This document shows positions 1 to 14,786 of a stretch of DNA of 64,000 bases, piece by piece. Numbering within the stretch: the stretch's first letter is position 1; each line of letters opens with the position of its first letter. The position numbers and the translations under genes were made by a program. Source of the stretch: Octopus bimaculoides (taxonomy: Eukaryota); the NCBI RefSeq assembly GCF_001194135.2, contig NC_068983.1, forward strand, positions 102,806,692-102,870,691, in the 5' to 3' direction. The notes beneath the pieces were generated by a model, which worked only from the letters and a program-made list of their open reading frames with translations, was not told the DNA's origin and searched no databases.

Positions 1-761
1 CTACAAGTATGAACTTAAATACAGCAAACAAAATTCTCCAAGTTATTTCTAATGATTAAGTCAACAAATGGCCTCTATAAACATACAGGTTCTGTGATAT
101 CAAACATTTAACCTATATAGTCAGAGTTTCCTCCAAATTAAACAACATACGTCCAACGTAATTAAATATGCACAATCACCTACCATTAGCCTAACAATTA
201 TCTAAAAGAGTGGTATTTCACCATTCTCTCTCTTTCAACACACATATACACATATCCAATTTATACACACATAGGTATCTACAGATACATATAGTCTTAT
301 ATACATACATAAAATTCTACTGTAGTGAGTATATGTATCTATAAACACAAACCAAAACCAGTGTACCCCCCCCCTCTCTCTCTCTCTCTCTTGAATAGCA
401 GAGAAAAAGGAGAATGAATGATAAACATGAAAATAAACACAGAGACAGAGCACAGTGAAAAGAGAGTGTTTATGATAATGGCAGCAATTCATTAATACAA
501 ACAGTTTGTTGTAAAACAACATTTATTGGTTAAAATCTATAGATATGTTCTATTGTTCATTATAACAATGAAACAAAACACTGTTGGGGTACGAATAATC
601 TAATGCTGGAACTAGCTGCCAAGAAAGTGTTAAGTATGCAATTTGGCCTATTCAATTTACTTTAGTCACTAATAGGCGTAGGCATGGCTGTGTAGTAAGA
701 AGTTTGCTTCTCAACAACATTGTTCTAGGTTCAGTTCCCCAGGCCAACCCATATGTGTGTG

Positions 762-811
<50 letters not shown>

Positions 812-1264
812 GTCTGTATGTGTATTTGTCATTGTGCTTGGCCACTCCCACCACCACCACCACCACCACTTGACAACCAGTGTTGGTTTGTTTACATTCT
901 GACAAGCTTCTTTCCATTCCCATCTCCCAAATTCATTTGCATGGCATTGGCCAGCCTAGGGCTACAGTAGAAAACACTTGCGCAAGGTAGAGTGCAGGGA
1001 GATTGAATCTGAGACCACATAGTTGCAAAATCAACTCCTTAACCACACAGCCAATGCCTGCACTTGCCAACATTATGTTTACATTCATCATAGCATAGAG
1101 TATTGGCTTAAAATCTATAGATGTAGTAGGTGCAAGCATGATTGTGTAGTAAGAGGCCTGCTTCCCAACCACATGGGACAGCTTGGTCAAACGTCTTCAA
1201 CTATAACCGTAGGTCAACAAAGGCCTTGTGAATGGATTTGGTAGACAGGGTCTGAACGGAAACC

Positions 1265-1310
<46 letters not shown>

Positions 1311-2542
1311 CATGCACACGTGCACATGTGCCTTTGTGCTTGCATTTGTCCCCCAGCACCACTCAACAAGTATTACTGAGTTGCTTACATCCCTGTAACT
1401 TAGCAGTTCAGCATAAGATATCAACAGAATAATAACCAGGCTTAAATATAATAAGTACCAGAGTTGATTCATTTGCCTAAAACCATTCAAGGCAGAACCC
1501 CAGCATAACCACAGTTCAATGACTGAACCAGGTCAACGATAAAAGATACTTTATAGTACATTATAAGCAATGAAACAAAAAGCGCTATTTGCCTATCAAT
1601 AACTTGATATTCTTCAAGAGTGATCCTTGAAGCCAAACTCTGCTGACTTGAATAATGCTGGATATATTTGGACAATAAAATGTAGACTCTGACGTAAGAA
1701 GAATTGGATTATCACAGCTGGAACATTTTTAAACATAGATTTGCCTAGCAGAACTGCCTTGGGACTAAATGAGAACATCAACAATAATTATGAAACCAAA
1801 AATAAAAGATTCTAAATACAGAATTATCTACAATCGACCAGACTTGGTAACTGCTTCCAAATTTACAACCTCTTAAATATGATAGCATATATGGAAACAC
1901 ACACAACTACATACATGCAAATATATATATATATATATATATANNNNNNNNNNNNNNNNNNNNNNNNNNNNNNNNNNNNNNNNNNNNNNNNNNNNNNNNN
2001 NNNNNNNNNNNNNNNNNNNNNNNNNNNNNNNNNNNNNNNNNNNNNNNNNNNNNNNNNNNNNNNNNNNNNNNNNNNNNNNNNNNNNNNNNNNNNNNNNNNN
2101 NNNNNNNNNNNNNNNNNNNNNNNNNNNNNNNNNNNNNNNNNNNNNNNNNNNNNNNNNNNNNNNNNNNNNNNNNNNNNNNNNNNNNNNNNNNNNNNNNNNN
2201 NNNNNNNNNNNNNNNNNNNNNNNNNNNNNNNNNNNNNNNNNNNNNNNNNNNNNNNNNNNNNNNNNNNNNNNNNNNNNNNNNNNNNNNNNNNNNNNNNNNN
2301 NNNNNNNNNNNNNNNNNNNNNNNNNNNNNNNNNNNNNNNNNNNNNNNNNNNNNNNNNNNNNNNNNNNNNNNNNNNNNNNNNNNNNNNNNNNNNNNNNNNN
2401 NNNNNNNNNNNNNNNNNNNNNNNNNNNNNNNNNNNNNNNNNNNNNNNNNNNNNNNNNNNNNNNNNNNNNNNNNNNNNNNNNNNNNNNNNNNNNNNNNNNN
2501 NNNNNNNNNNNNNNNNNNNNNNNNNNNNNNNNNNNNNNNNNN

Positions 2543-3620
2543 ATATATAAGAGGTGGTGTAGCAATATCAAAGGAAGTTTAACAGAGAAAATAGTCTTTG
2601 TGTGTGGCAGATGCACAGGTACAAGAAACACTAGAAATATTCAGAAAATACATTCCATTAGACTCCATCAAATGCCAGGGGGAGAAGTAGTTAATAGCTT
2701 TCGTTACCGAGATGACCAAGACAGCAGTGGAGGTGGATGCTCCAAGAGAGTAGCCTGCTAAAATAAGAATAGGCTGGGCAAAATTCAGAGAGCTTCTACC
2801 TTTTAGAAAATTACTACTTGTAAATCTCACAATGAGAGATTCAGCAACAGTACTTTGGAGTAAAGATTATTTGCCAACATAACATGGCAGTCCTGATTTG
2901 TTGGCAACAAAGGGCCTCTACCTCAGAGTGAAAGGTAGATTGTATGATGCCTGTGTGTGAACAACCATGCTACACAACAGTGAAACATGGGCTATGACTG
3001 CAGAGGACATGCAAAAGCTTGAAAGAAATGAATCTAGTATGCTCTGCTGGATGTGCAATGTCAGTGTGCATGTACAACGGAGTGTAAGTGTCTTCAGACA
3101 AAAATTAGGCATAAGAGGCATCAGATGTGGTGTGCAGGAGAGACAACTGCATTGGTATGGTCATATGATGCATATGGATGAAGACAGCTGTGTAAAAAAG
3201 TGCCAGTCTGTAAATGTGGAGGGAACCTGTGGAAGAGGTAGATAGAAAGATATGGGGCTTGGTGGTGAAGCATTATCTTTGAATGTGGAGTCTCACAGAG
3301 GTGATGACAAGTGATTGTGACCTTTGGCAACATGCTGTACTTGAGAAGACTCAAGCCAAGTGAATTCGTAGTTGTGACCGGTGCCAGTGACATGCAACAG
3401 CACCCATGTTGGTGACAGACAAAAGCACCTGTGCTGGCAACACTTGAGAGACACCCACTACATTCTCGGAATGGTTGGTGTTAGGAAGGGCATCCAACCA
3501 TAAAAACCAAGCTCAACTCAGACTGGAAATTGGTGCAGCTCTCCAGTTTCCAGTTCCAGTCAAACCATCTAACCCATGCAAGCATGGAAAGCGGGCATTA
3601 AATGATGATGATGATGATGA
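2543..3620 (+). mobile_element. RTE-clade LINE, 3' part plus 3' UTR with (ATG)n tail
   Basis: Frameshifted ORF: EVVNSFRY..SSGGGCS..RIGWAKFRELL..LRVKGRLYDACV..MLHNSETW..LERNESSML.WMC..LHWYGH..VEGTCGRGR. Confidence 0.88.
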
Positions 3621-3651
3621 TATATAGATATATATTTCCATGCAAGCATAT

Positions 3652-3694
<43 letters not shown>

Positions 3695-3858
3695 TTTATG
3701 CATATAAATATATACATCCATGCATATTCATTGCTTCCCAACTATATGATTCTGGGTTCAGTCCCACTGCGTGACACCTTGGACAAGTGTCTTCTATTAT
3801 AGCCTAGAGCCAACCAAAGATTTGTGAGTGAATTTGGTAGACAGAAACTGAAAGAAGC

Positions 3859-3900
<42 letters not shown>

Positions 3901-6900
3901 ACTTATTCTATCAGTCTTTTTTGCCAAACNNNNNNNNNNNNNNNNNNNNNNNNNNNNNNNNNNNNNNNNNNNNNNNNNNNNNNNNNNNNNNNNNNNNNNN
4001 NNNNNNNNNNNNNNNNNNNNNNNNNNNNNNNNNNNNNNNNNNNNNNNNNNNNNNNNNNNNNNNNNNNNNNNNNNNNNNNNNNNNNNNNNNNNNNNNNNNN
4101 NNNNNNNNNNNNNNNNNNNNNNNNNNNNNNNNNNNNNNNNNNNNNNNNNNNNNNNNNNNNNNNNNNNNNNNNNNNNNNNNNNNNNNNNNNNNNNNNNNNN
4201 NNNNNNNNNNNNNNNNNNNNNNNNNNNNNNNNNNNNNNNNNNNNNNNNNNNNNNNNNNNNNNNNNNNNNNNNNNNNNNNNNNNNNNNNNNNNNNNNNNNN
4301 NNNNNNNNNNNNNNNNNNNNNNNNNNNNNNNNNNNNNNNNNNNNNNNNNNNNNNNNNNNNNNNNNNNNCCCCCCCCCGCCACGATCGCTTGACAACCAAT
4401 GTTGGTGTGTTTATGTCCCCTTAACTTTATGGTTTGGCAAAAGAGACCAATGAAATAAATACTAGGCTTACAAAGAATAAGTCCTGGGGTCAATTTGTTT
4501 GACTAAAGACTGTGTTCCAGCATGGCCACAGTCAAATGACTGAAACAAGTAAAAGAATAAAAGAATATATATATATATATATATATATAAACATACATAC
4601 AAGCATGCATATTATGTATGTATGCATCAATGTATGCATGCATACATACATAGATGTATGTATGCACGTATGTATACAGTTGTCAACTTGATTTCAAGCC
4701 AAAGCACCTTTTCATTGATGACATATACCTGTAACAGGTTTTGTAGCTTTTCTTTCATGAACCCTCAGATGATTATCTAGGACTGATTTTGTTTTAAATC
4801 TTTTGTGACAAACAGTACAAAACTTAGTCAACAATTTCATAGACAGTGGCTCCACTCTTGTGCATTGCTACCTAGATACATAAAAGAATTCACTTCATCA
4901 AGTCTGGTTCCTTTGACTGAAGCATTTAGTTTTATATATGACTCTCTCAAAATCAATGAAAACATCACCTTTAATTTTCTTCAGGTTTATTGTGAGTACC
5001 AAAGTTGTACAGGTATAGGGGCAAAAGAAGTTCAGAGGTTCATTGTTTTCTGCATATCTTGTTCTTAATAAAGCATAAGATCACAATTATCAGCTTACAA
5101 TAAATAATAAACTAGAGTTATAATGATCTTTGGTTAAGTGTTGAGACAATTCAGACTAAAAGTATTTAACTGCAGGATGAAAGCAGACAAAAATGTCTAG
5201 ATCACATTCATGAGTAATCACTACTGCAAAAAAGACAAATCCAAAAACAGTGTGGCACTAATTTCACTAGTAACAATAAAATCTATACTTAGCTAAAAGC
5301 AATGTGACCATCAGAATATGAAGCTTGCTTCACAACCATGAGGTTTCGGATTCAATCCCACTGCACAGCATCCTGGGCATGCGTCTTCTATTATAGACTC
5401 AGGCCAACTAAAGCCCTATAAAAGGATTTGGTAGGCAAAAAGTGAAAGAAACTTGTGTGTTTGTGTATGTGTATTTGTTTGTGCTCTTGTCTAGACATCA
5501 CATGATGGCTGTAAATGAGTACCACCATCATAAAGACAAGGTTGTTCATTTCCAGTCTTTTGTGAAAAATATATCTAGCTACAAGGAAATACTATCTTGC
5601 TGGGAGACAGGTGAGGATTGGCAACAGGAAGGGCATCCAGCCATAGAAAATCTGTCTCAACAAATTTTGTCTGATCCAAGCAAACAGGAAGTGGACATTA
5701 TATGAAGAATGATGAGTAAAGAGTTTGTGAACAGATCAATCAAAGTGCTGTAAAGGGGATTACTTCTTTATTGTAATCATTTAATCTTCAACCAGTTTTG
5801 ACAATAAGTATTTCAGTTGATTGATCCACTGAACTATCCATACTGTATTGTAATGAGACTGATTGAGTACTCAAAATATATCAGTATTCTTAGTGTAATT
5901 CTCAAACAGTATCAGTGTGATAAAACAGGGCACTTAGAGTTATAGACAGTCCATATGAGAGGTTTTCACACAGTTTATATCTACCCAGTTTAACTTGACT
6001 TGCAAGGCTTAGGTAAACTTAAAATTATTATAAAATTCAAGTGCCCAAGGTAAAGGGATCAAATCAAACCTGCAACATCATGAGTGAGAGGCAGATTTCT
6101 TCTTTTCAGCCATGACAACTTTTTTTTTTTTTTTTGGTTTTCTTTTTAAGCTTAGTCATCAGAAGAAAGGCAGAACCCATTACTTCATTGCAAGTCTTCT
6201 GAGACTGGTTAGTGAAAAGGAAGGAGAAACCAGAAACCTAGCCTGGATGCTTGAAACAATATGGACTTTGTTAAAGATAGCCAAGAACCATGTGACAATA
6301 TTAAACCAGCTAATGGCTTAGGTTTACCTAAAATACAGTTCAGACAATGTGCTTCCACAAAGTTTACATCTACCCAATTTCACTCACAAAGCTTGGGCTG
6401 ACTTGAGGCTTCAGTAGAAGATACTTGCCTAAGTGTATGGCTTAATTGTTAAGGTCTTGGACTCACTATCATAAGAATGTGGTTTCGATTCCTGGACTGG
6501 GCAATAGATTAACACTTCACGTTATGTTGCTCCAGTCCACTCAACTGTAGAAATGAGTACCACTAGTGGAGGCACGTCACTTAGAGGTTAGGGAACTGGA
6601 TTCATGATCATAAACTTGTCGGTTTTGATCCCTGGACTGGGTTGTGTGTTGTGTTCTTGAGCAAAACACTTCATTTCATGTTGTTCCAGTTCACTCAGCT
6701 GTAGAAATGAGTTTAGCCTGGAGAGGAATGGGCTTCACCAGGCTTCTTTGCCCTAGATATGCTGCATCGTCCCAATGACCCTCAAGGAGTTAAGGGACTA
6801 GTTGTTGCTTGCCTAAGGTGCCACCCAGAGGAATCAAACCCAGAACCAAGTGATTTGAAAGTAAACTTCTTGATCCTAAGGGGAAAAACAATAATTGACA

Positions 6901-8763
6901 TAACGGGGAAAAACAATAATTGACAAAAGCACATTAACTACTTGCAGATTGCTAAGGATTTTATTGTGTTCTTGCAATTACTGTTATTAGGTCACACTAT
7001 CACTGGAATATACTGGTTTGGAGTTAATCTTTTGTTACACAATACTACATATCACTCCTTGGTCTTACTGAGTTTTAAACAAATGTATCAAAATTTGATT
7101 TCAAAGATAGTAATGAGCTATAAGTACCAGCTACACATGAAATATATCAGACTTCATATCAACTAATACTAAGCTCATACTCCTTTGAAATTAGCACACA
7201 AGTCTATGGCTGTAATGTGGAGTATTATTTTTTTTTAACCTTTCTTTAACAGTATTTTATCTTCACTAGAGTCAATGGTAGACAATAAAGCTTATAAGTC
7301 TTTGACGCAGGTCAGTCAGACCTGTTTGACTAGATATGTGTTTAAAATTGTTTCAATCATTACTATCGCAACTATTTGGGATTACATTGTTCAATGTGTA
7401 CCTTTTCCTTAAATAGTAGTATGTGTGATTTAGGAAGATTTGGTTATTTTTTCTAGTAATATAAGTGGCTACATAAAGGCTCCCTCATTGGTTAAAAACT
7501 ATATGAATGAAACAATTGGAACAATTATTTATGAGGGTGGATATAAAAATGATTATACATGGAGTATTTTGAGAACTGGAACACTGACCTAAATAAATAA
7601 AAACAACACACCATGCACACACCCAACATTATTTATTAGATCATAAAGGTGATGAGCTGACAGATTCATAAGCAAGTCAGGTAAATGCTTAGCAGCATTT
7701 CTCTCTGACTCATTACATTCAGAGTTCAAATTCTACCAAAGTTAAATCTGTCTTTCATCTTTCCAGGGTCAAATTAAAGTACCAGTTGAGCACCAGGGTT
7801 CATGCAATCAACTTTCTCCTCCCCTCAAAAATGCTGGCCTTGTGCCAAAATTAGAAAGGATTATTTATTAGATCATATTAAGGCTAGCTCCACGACATGG
7901 TGTGCTGGGCAAGTATTTTCTCTTATAACTACAGACTAATCAATGCCTTGTGAGTAAGATTGGTAGACAGAAGCCTACACACACACATATATATATATAG
8001 TGTGTGTGTGTGTGTGTGTGTGTATTTGCATTGTGTTTGTCACTATATCTGTCTTTGGTTATGTTCTGGAACTTAGCAGTTCAACAAACAGATTTGATAA
8101 TAGTAAGCACTAGACTTTAGAATATGAAGCTTGTGACAGAACATCGGTGCAGTCTAATGAATGAAACAAATAAAAGAATTAAAAAAAAGTTATAGATACT
8201 ACAACAATGAAACTTCTGTATGAAGCAGCTCACTTGACTTGCTAAAGCTAACAATCAAATCCCCTAAGTTACACCCAACTTATATCAAATAATATAGTCA
8301 GACAAATGTAATTCCAGAAAAAAGATGGGTGACCATGGTAACAATGGCTTTGATCCTTATAAATTTGGTCAACCAGAGCCAAATTGGGGTTAGTCTACAA
8401 CAACATACAGACTCTTGTTCGTTCATTTCCTTCAATCTACATCGGTGAGTGAAGGCACATGGCTTAGTGGCTAGGGTATTTGTCTAACAATTGTAAGGTC
8501 ATGAGTTCAATACCTGGTGACATGTTGTGTCCTTGAGCAAGACACTTTATTTCACATTGCTCCAGTGCACTCAGCTGGCAAAAATGAGTGGTACCTGTAT
8601 TTCAAAGGCCCAGCCTTATCACACCCCGTTGTCACACTGAATCTCCCTGAGAACTACATTAAGGGTAAACATATCTGTGGAGTCCTCAGCTACTTGCACA
8701 TTAATTTCATGAGCAGGTTGTTCCATTGATTGGATCGACTGTCATCATAACCAACAGAGTGCC

Positions 8764-8800
<37 letters not shown>

Positions 8801-9047
8801 ATAGATCAGTGATTCCCAACGTGGGATATACAGCCCACCAGTGAGGCCTGGGAAAATTGTGGTGGTTGTGGTATCCAAAATATTTTTTTTTTTTTTTTTT
8901 TTTTTTGTGGGACATGGAATTGTGAAAATCTTTTTTACACCTATACTCAGCCTAGCCATACCAATCCCTTCAGCCAAACATACTCTGTGAAGACAGTTTG
9001 CTACAGTAGAGTGCTATTCTAATGCCCTACTGTGGATATTTCTTTGA

Positions 9048-9267
9048 TCTTATAGCATTCACATTACTCTGTCAAATATAATTCATATTTATCCATCTTG
9101 TTTTGAATTAATCATGCACTGTCTCATAACCTTGACATATCAATGAAGTGATAGTTTATTTTTAGAATCACATTGTAGGGTAGGTGTGAGAAACCTGATC
9201 TGGTCAGTCTGAACGTAAAACAGGTAGAATATTTAGGCCTGATATGGCCAGTTTGAATGCTAAAAGG
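9048..9267 (+). mobile_element. piggyBac-like MITE (~220 bp)
   Basis: 13-bp IRs (tcttatagcattc / rc ccttttagcattc), TTAA on the right and ttga on the left. Same family as 29531-30049. Confidence 0.6.
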
Positions 9268-9439
9268 TTAAGGATATTTCACTGGTGGGGCATAGATTTT
9301 TCTAGAAAGCTATAGTGGGTGCCTGGAGGTAAAAATAGGTTGCCAGACACTATTGTTCATACATTCTCTTGTATTTTCACATACACTTTACTCATTATAA
9401 CTGACCCACCCAGCCCACCTCTTCCATAACCATGCATCA

Positions 9440-9477
9440 ATTCTTTATGATTCTCTCTCACTCTCTCTTTCTCTCTT

Positions 9478-9520
<43 letters not shown>

Positions 9521-9895
9521 CTCTCTTGCTCTCTCTCTCTTGCTATCTCTATCTCTCTCTTGTTATCTCACCCCCTCTCTTGCTATCTCTCTCCCTCCTC
9601 CTCCTCCTCTATTGTTCTCTGTTTCTATTTTGCTCTCTCCCCCTCTCTTTCAAATTCTATCTCCCTCTCTTGCTATCTCTCTCTCCTCCTCTCTTACTCT
9701 CTCTCTCTAATTCACTCACTTCTAAACACACACTTGCACATTCACATTTACTTAGAATTAACTCACTCTCTCTTTCATTCATTATTTCCCTTTCCCACTT
9801 CTCTCCCATGCACCTCTTCTTTCCCTATATGCATAAAATATGCTACCTCTAAATTACACAGGCTGTGCTCTCTCTCTCTCTCTCTCTCTCATGCA
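9440..9895. repeat. CT-rich low-complexity and microsatellite tract. Dozens of (TA)n, (TG)n, (AG)n, (AAT)n, (TAG)n and (ATG)n arrays occur window-wide
   Basis: Direct inspection; these tracts generate most of the spurious ORFs in the ORF track. Confidence 0.95.
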
Positions 9896-10917
9896 TAGAT
9901 AAACACATAAATGATCAAAAACTTTAATTATCAGCCTCTATCATAAATCATATTCTACACACTACATAACCTGCCATATCTTTATTGAGGTGGCAGTTAC
10001 AAATTACACAGGAAGAACACAAAAGGAGTGCTATCTGTCAACAATAGCCCCCTCTCCCTTTCGGCTCATTTCCTTCTTACTTTGGACATTACTGTGAGCT
10101 ATTAAGTTATCATACAATATCGTTTTACAAATGAATATTTGGTTACACATTCAGTCAATAACTCTTGTATAAATAACAAATTCTGCCTTTCATCCAGCAC
10201 TGAGGATCATTGAAGATCATCAAATCACCCCATTTAATTTGAGATTAGTTACATCATCCCCTCACCTTCACGTACACATACGTGTGTGTGTTCATTTATT
10301 TGCTTTTCTGTCCATTTTGCCATGAACAGTATGAAGTAGATTAAATTTTTGCAGGCAGGTTTACTACAACTAGATGCCTTCCTGTTGCCCAATCCTTACT
10401 TGATTTCCAAGTAAGCTGGTTCTCAATTATTGAAAGCAACACTATGAGATTTTTACTTAACAGAGACTATAAACAAAGTTATATTTTTCACTCAAGTAGT
10501 GTTCATGAGTAGTGATATCTACATGCACGCACACACACGAACCTATCCACATGTAAAATGAGCAAGATTATGAGCTGAGATAAACAAATAATATATATGA
10601 ATTAGACAAGTAAACACATGGTAGAAAAGGGAAATGAAATGAAACTATAATAGTCAAAGAATATGCACAATGACAATAATAAGGCTAAGAAAAGAATAAA
10701 CGAGGATCTAAAATGTTGGGTTATACTCTTTATCAAAGAAAAAGAAAAAGTGATAAGAAAAGGAGGAGAAAAGAAATAGGAAGAATACCAAACTTTTGTA
10801 TCTTATTTACATAGCAGACAAGGTATGAAAAGGATCAGAAATAAAGGGTACAGTCTGGATCACAGAGTAAGTGTAAGGAGAGAGCAAGAAAAAAAGGAGA
10901 AAGGAGAGAAAGAAAGT

Positions 10918-10968
<51 letters not shown>

Positions 10969-11375
10969 TCACTTTCTCTTTTTCTTTTGGTTTTGACATT
11001 GCAAAACAGTTGTAAATGAGTGACAATGTCATACAGGTAATGTCATTTTTTTCCCAATATTCTGCAAAAAAAAAAAAAAAAGGCCTGGTTATGGGAACAG
11101 ATGAGGGTTGGCAAATAAGAAGGGTATCTAGCCGTAGAAAATCTGCCTCAGTGTAATCCATCCAACCCAGATAAGCAAGGGACAGGGGATGTTAAAATGA
11201 TGATGATTATTATTATTATTATTGTTGTATGTATGTATGTATTATGTATGTATAAATGTATGCATGCATATATGTATGTAGATATGTATGTATAAGGGCA
11301 TGCTGCAAAGTTAACTGGGGTCCCTCACAAGTGTAGAGACTTAATGCCAATTTATGTATGCTGTGGCTTGTATGA

Positions 11376-11762
11376 GTGGAGGCGCAATGGCCCAGTGGTT
11401 AGGGCAGCGGATTCGCGGTCATAGGATCGCAGTTTCGATTCCCAGACCGGGCGTTGTGAGTGTTTATTGAGCGAAAACACCTAAAGCTCCATGAAGCTCC
11501 GGCAGGGGATGGTGGCGAATCCTGCTGCACTCTTTCACCACAACTTTTTCTCACTCTTTCTTCCTGTTTCTGTTGTGTCTGTAATTCAAAGGGTCAGCCT
11601 TGTCACACTGTGTCACGCTGAATATCTCCGAGAACTACGTTAAGGGTACACGTGTGTGTGGAGTGCTCAGCCACTTGCACGTTAATTTCACGAGCAGGCT
11701 GTTCCGTTGATAGGACCAACTGGAACCCTCGGCGTCGTAAGCGACGGAGTGCCAACAACAAC
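11376..11762 (+). mobile_element. Young tRNA-headed SINE (family C, 387 bp) with (CAA)n tail, flanked by a 92-bp duplication
   Basis: A and B boxes (TGGCCCAGTGG; GTTTCGATTCC), CpGs retained, 3' hairpin CGTCG-TAAG-CGACG (11733-11746). Near-identical to 57322-57770. Confidence 0.92.
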
Positions 11763-12669
11763 ATGTATGTATAAGGGCATGCTGCAAAGTTAACTGGGGT
11801 CCCTCACAAGTGTAGAGACTTAATGCCAATTTATGTATGCTGTGGCTTGTATGAAATGACCCCATTGTATTGCCTTGCCTAGTGACCTATGTATTACACT
11901 GTTAAGACATCCTATATAGTTATTGCCAAGTTTGGTGTCAGACAAGCAGGATTGATATGATGAAATCAAGGAGTCTTTTGCTGAGAGTTCAGCACTTTTT
12001 AAATATGTTAGTCAGAAAGAAAAGATAGCACCCATAATTGTTTCAAGGCCCCCATTGATGATACTGACATGGGGAATGCTGATCCTGAATATCTGCTGGT
12101 ATATAGCAGTAGTGTAAAGATAATCACCCACTATGGTTTGATCACCTATGTTAGATATTTGGCTATCTAACTTAAGAAGCTGAAATGCTTTCTTATCTGT
12201 GCAGTTATAATTTCATTTCTAATTCATTATAAATGCCTAAGACTCTAAATAAAGACATTTAATTGAAATCTGCTTTAAAAAAAGAAGAAAAAATAGTAAA
12301 TAGTAAACATTGGAAGGAAAAAATATTTTTGATTTATGATGTAAAGTATATCACAAAAGAGAAGGGTGCTTTTTTTTTAAACTATTTTTTATAGCTATTT
12401 TTGTTGCTGTTGTTGCATAATCCAATTTAAATTCAGTTATAACATTAGAGTTAAGAGAATGCCTGGACACAATTCAGTTGTGTGCTAATTATGACGAGAC
12501 TTATTGACAAGTTTCAGCATAGGCACCGGCATGGCTGTGTGGTAAGAAGCTTGCTTCCTAACCACACGGTTCCAGGTTCAGTCCTACTGTATGGCACCTT
12601 GGGCAAGTATCTTCTACGATAAGCTTGGGCTGACCAAAGCCTTGTGAGTGGATTTGGTAGACAGAAACT

Positions 12670-12717
<48 letters not shown>

Positions 12718-14572
12718 CAATGTATGTATGTATGCATGTATGTATGCATGTACATCTTTGTGTCTGTGTTTGTACCCCCAATACTGCTTGACAACTAGTG
12801 TTGGTGTGGACCAATAGAATAAGTATCAGGCTTAAAAATATAAGTAGCGGAGTTGATCCATTGGTGCTGCAGTCAAGTGACTGAAACAAGCAAAAAAAAA
12901 AACAGAAAATAAAAGATAATTCAAACTCTGATGGTCCTGGCTGGAACATATTTGATTATAAGATTGCCTGATCAAGATTTGACCTGGGGCTAAGCTATAA
13001 AAGTATTAGCAACAACAAATTTAAAAAATACAAGGCAAGGCTTAGTGACAGGAAAGCAGAAGTGCTTAACTACTGGTTATATAATCCTGACATCAGTATT
13101 TGTTACAGCTTACTTTTAGACATGGTGTATCATACTCAGATTATCTGATTTTCTGAGTGACTCTAAATTTGATGAATTAACCTATTCAACAGAACATGAA
13201 TATAACTGCCTTAGTTCTTGTCAGGTTTGTTTACATATTTCTTATATCTTGAAAGAGTATATATGTGGTAGGAAGTTTGCTTCCTAACCACATAGTTCTC
13301 ATTTCAGTCCCACTACTTGACACCTAGGGCAAGTGTCTTCTACTATAGCCTCAGGCCAACCAAAGCATTGTGAATGGATTTGGAAGACAGAAATTGAAAT
13401 GTATATATGGGGCTGGCCAGATTAGAGCAGTCTCAAGTGTAACCAGCCAAAACTGCTAGGACAATCTGGTACTTGACTGAAGATTGGAAGCTCCGAATGA
13501 CCCGTCCTTGTTTTTTCCTATCCTTTTTTGTATCATCTAACTGTCCGAATGTTTTGTTGTCGCTTGTTACATTCTTGTTCCATTTTTTTTGTTTAGTTTT
13601 TATACATATATATGTGTGTGTGTAAGTGTGTCTGTGTTTGTCTCCCACCACTGCTTCACAACTGGTGTTAGCATGCTTACATCCCAGTAACTTAGCGGTT
13701 CAGCAAAAGAAACTGATTGAATAAGCACAAGGCTTTCCAAATAATATAAAGCCCTATGGTTGATTTATTTGACTAAAATTCTTCAAAACAGTGCCCCAGC
13801 ATAAAAAAAAAGATATATTCTTACATCAGATTTTTAAAAAATAAATAGCAAAATATAAAGGAAAACTGTCAGAATCCTATACTAAACAGTTCAGTATTTC
13901 TGCATCATGTTGTTTAACACCAGGGTTCATAGGTATTACAAAGCAGATCTATGATTAAATGTGTCACACCCATAACTATCCTATTTTTTTAAAATCTATA
14001 ACTATATCTGTATAATTTCTTTTTTAAGTTAGCAGAGTGTGATTTGAGGAAGATTGGGCTACAATTTATTTGTCTGTACGAGTTTAATTTGGAAGGCTGA
14101 ATAAATTTAATAATTTTCAATAATATCTAGCATAAATGTTTCATAATGTTAGCTTTCCAACTATGGAAGACGGGGCAGTATTTATCGATTTTCCTTTGAC
14201 AAGGCCAATTTTTATGTACAAAACCATTGTAATCAATTGAATGGGCTCACATACATTATTTTTAACTTATTTTATTGACCTTATAGAGATAAAAGACAAA
14301 GTCGATTCCAAAGGAAATTTAAATTAACTGTAAATCACTGAACTAAAAGTAAAGATTCTATTCAACTCTCACCGCTTTCTATTACCTCCACCACCATCAC
14401 CTTCATAAAATACAAATATTGCCAAAACTACTTTGAGTTGCCTTTCTGGAATCCTATTGAAAATATTTAATAATGGAAACAAAGAGTGCTGACTGGAAAA
14501 CCTAATAGTTATATTTCACATCAAGAACATGCAAGAGATAGGAAGATCAAACAGAGAAAGAAAACAGCTTAC

Positions 14573-14786
14573 TTGGAACAATTGGATTTTTCAGTCACAT
14601 ACTCTTCATTGTTTGATAGCATTCCAATTTCAGAGAACTTTTCTGTTTTAATGTAGAATCCTTTAGGTAGCTCGTCCCAACTATCAAATCGGATTCCACC
14701 ACCAAGAGAATATGACCCTTTCGGACAGGGCAAACATTCTTGATTGCCTTGGATATCAAGGTACTGACCAGCTTTACATGTATAGG
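14573..14786 (-). CDS. ELAPOR2: ELAPOR homologue coding exon 3 ((S)[43 protein letters not shown]...EKSNCS)
   Basis: Acceptor ttttcattttCAG at 14789-14787 and donor aa|GTAAGC at 14572. Length 214 bp, phase 1 to 2, compatible with exon 2. Family motif C..G.YSLG.GI.FD.WDELP.GF. Confidence 0.95.

Noticed and set aside
11900-12200. Minus-strand ~55-codon open stretch faintly like a Harbinger transposase
   Set aside because: The resemblance is too weak, with no catalytic motif and no TIRs.
13470-13515. CTGAAGA..GGA(AGC)TCC-GAAT hammerhead-like string
   Set aside because: GAAA is broken and there is no stem I pairing.
1-14572. Search for ELAPOR exon 4
   Set aside because: No minus-strand segment with a suitable phase-2 acceptor and family similarity was found. 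It probably lies left of the window or in a gap.
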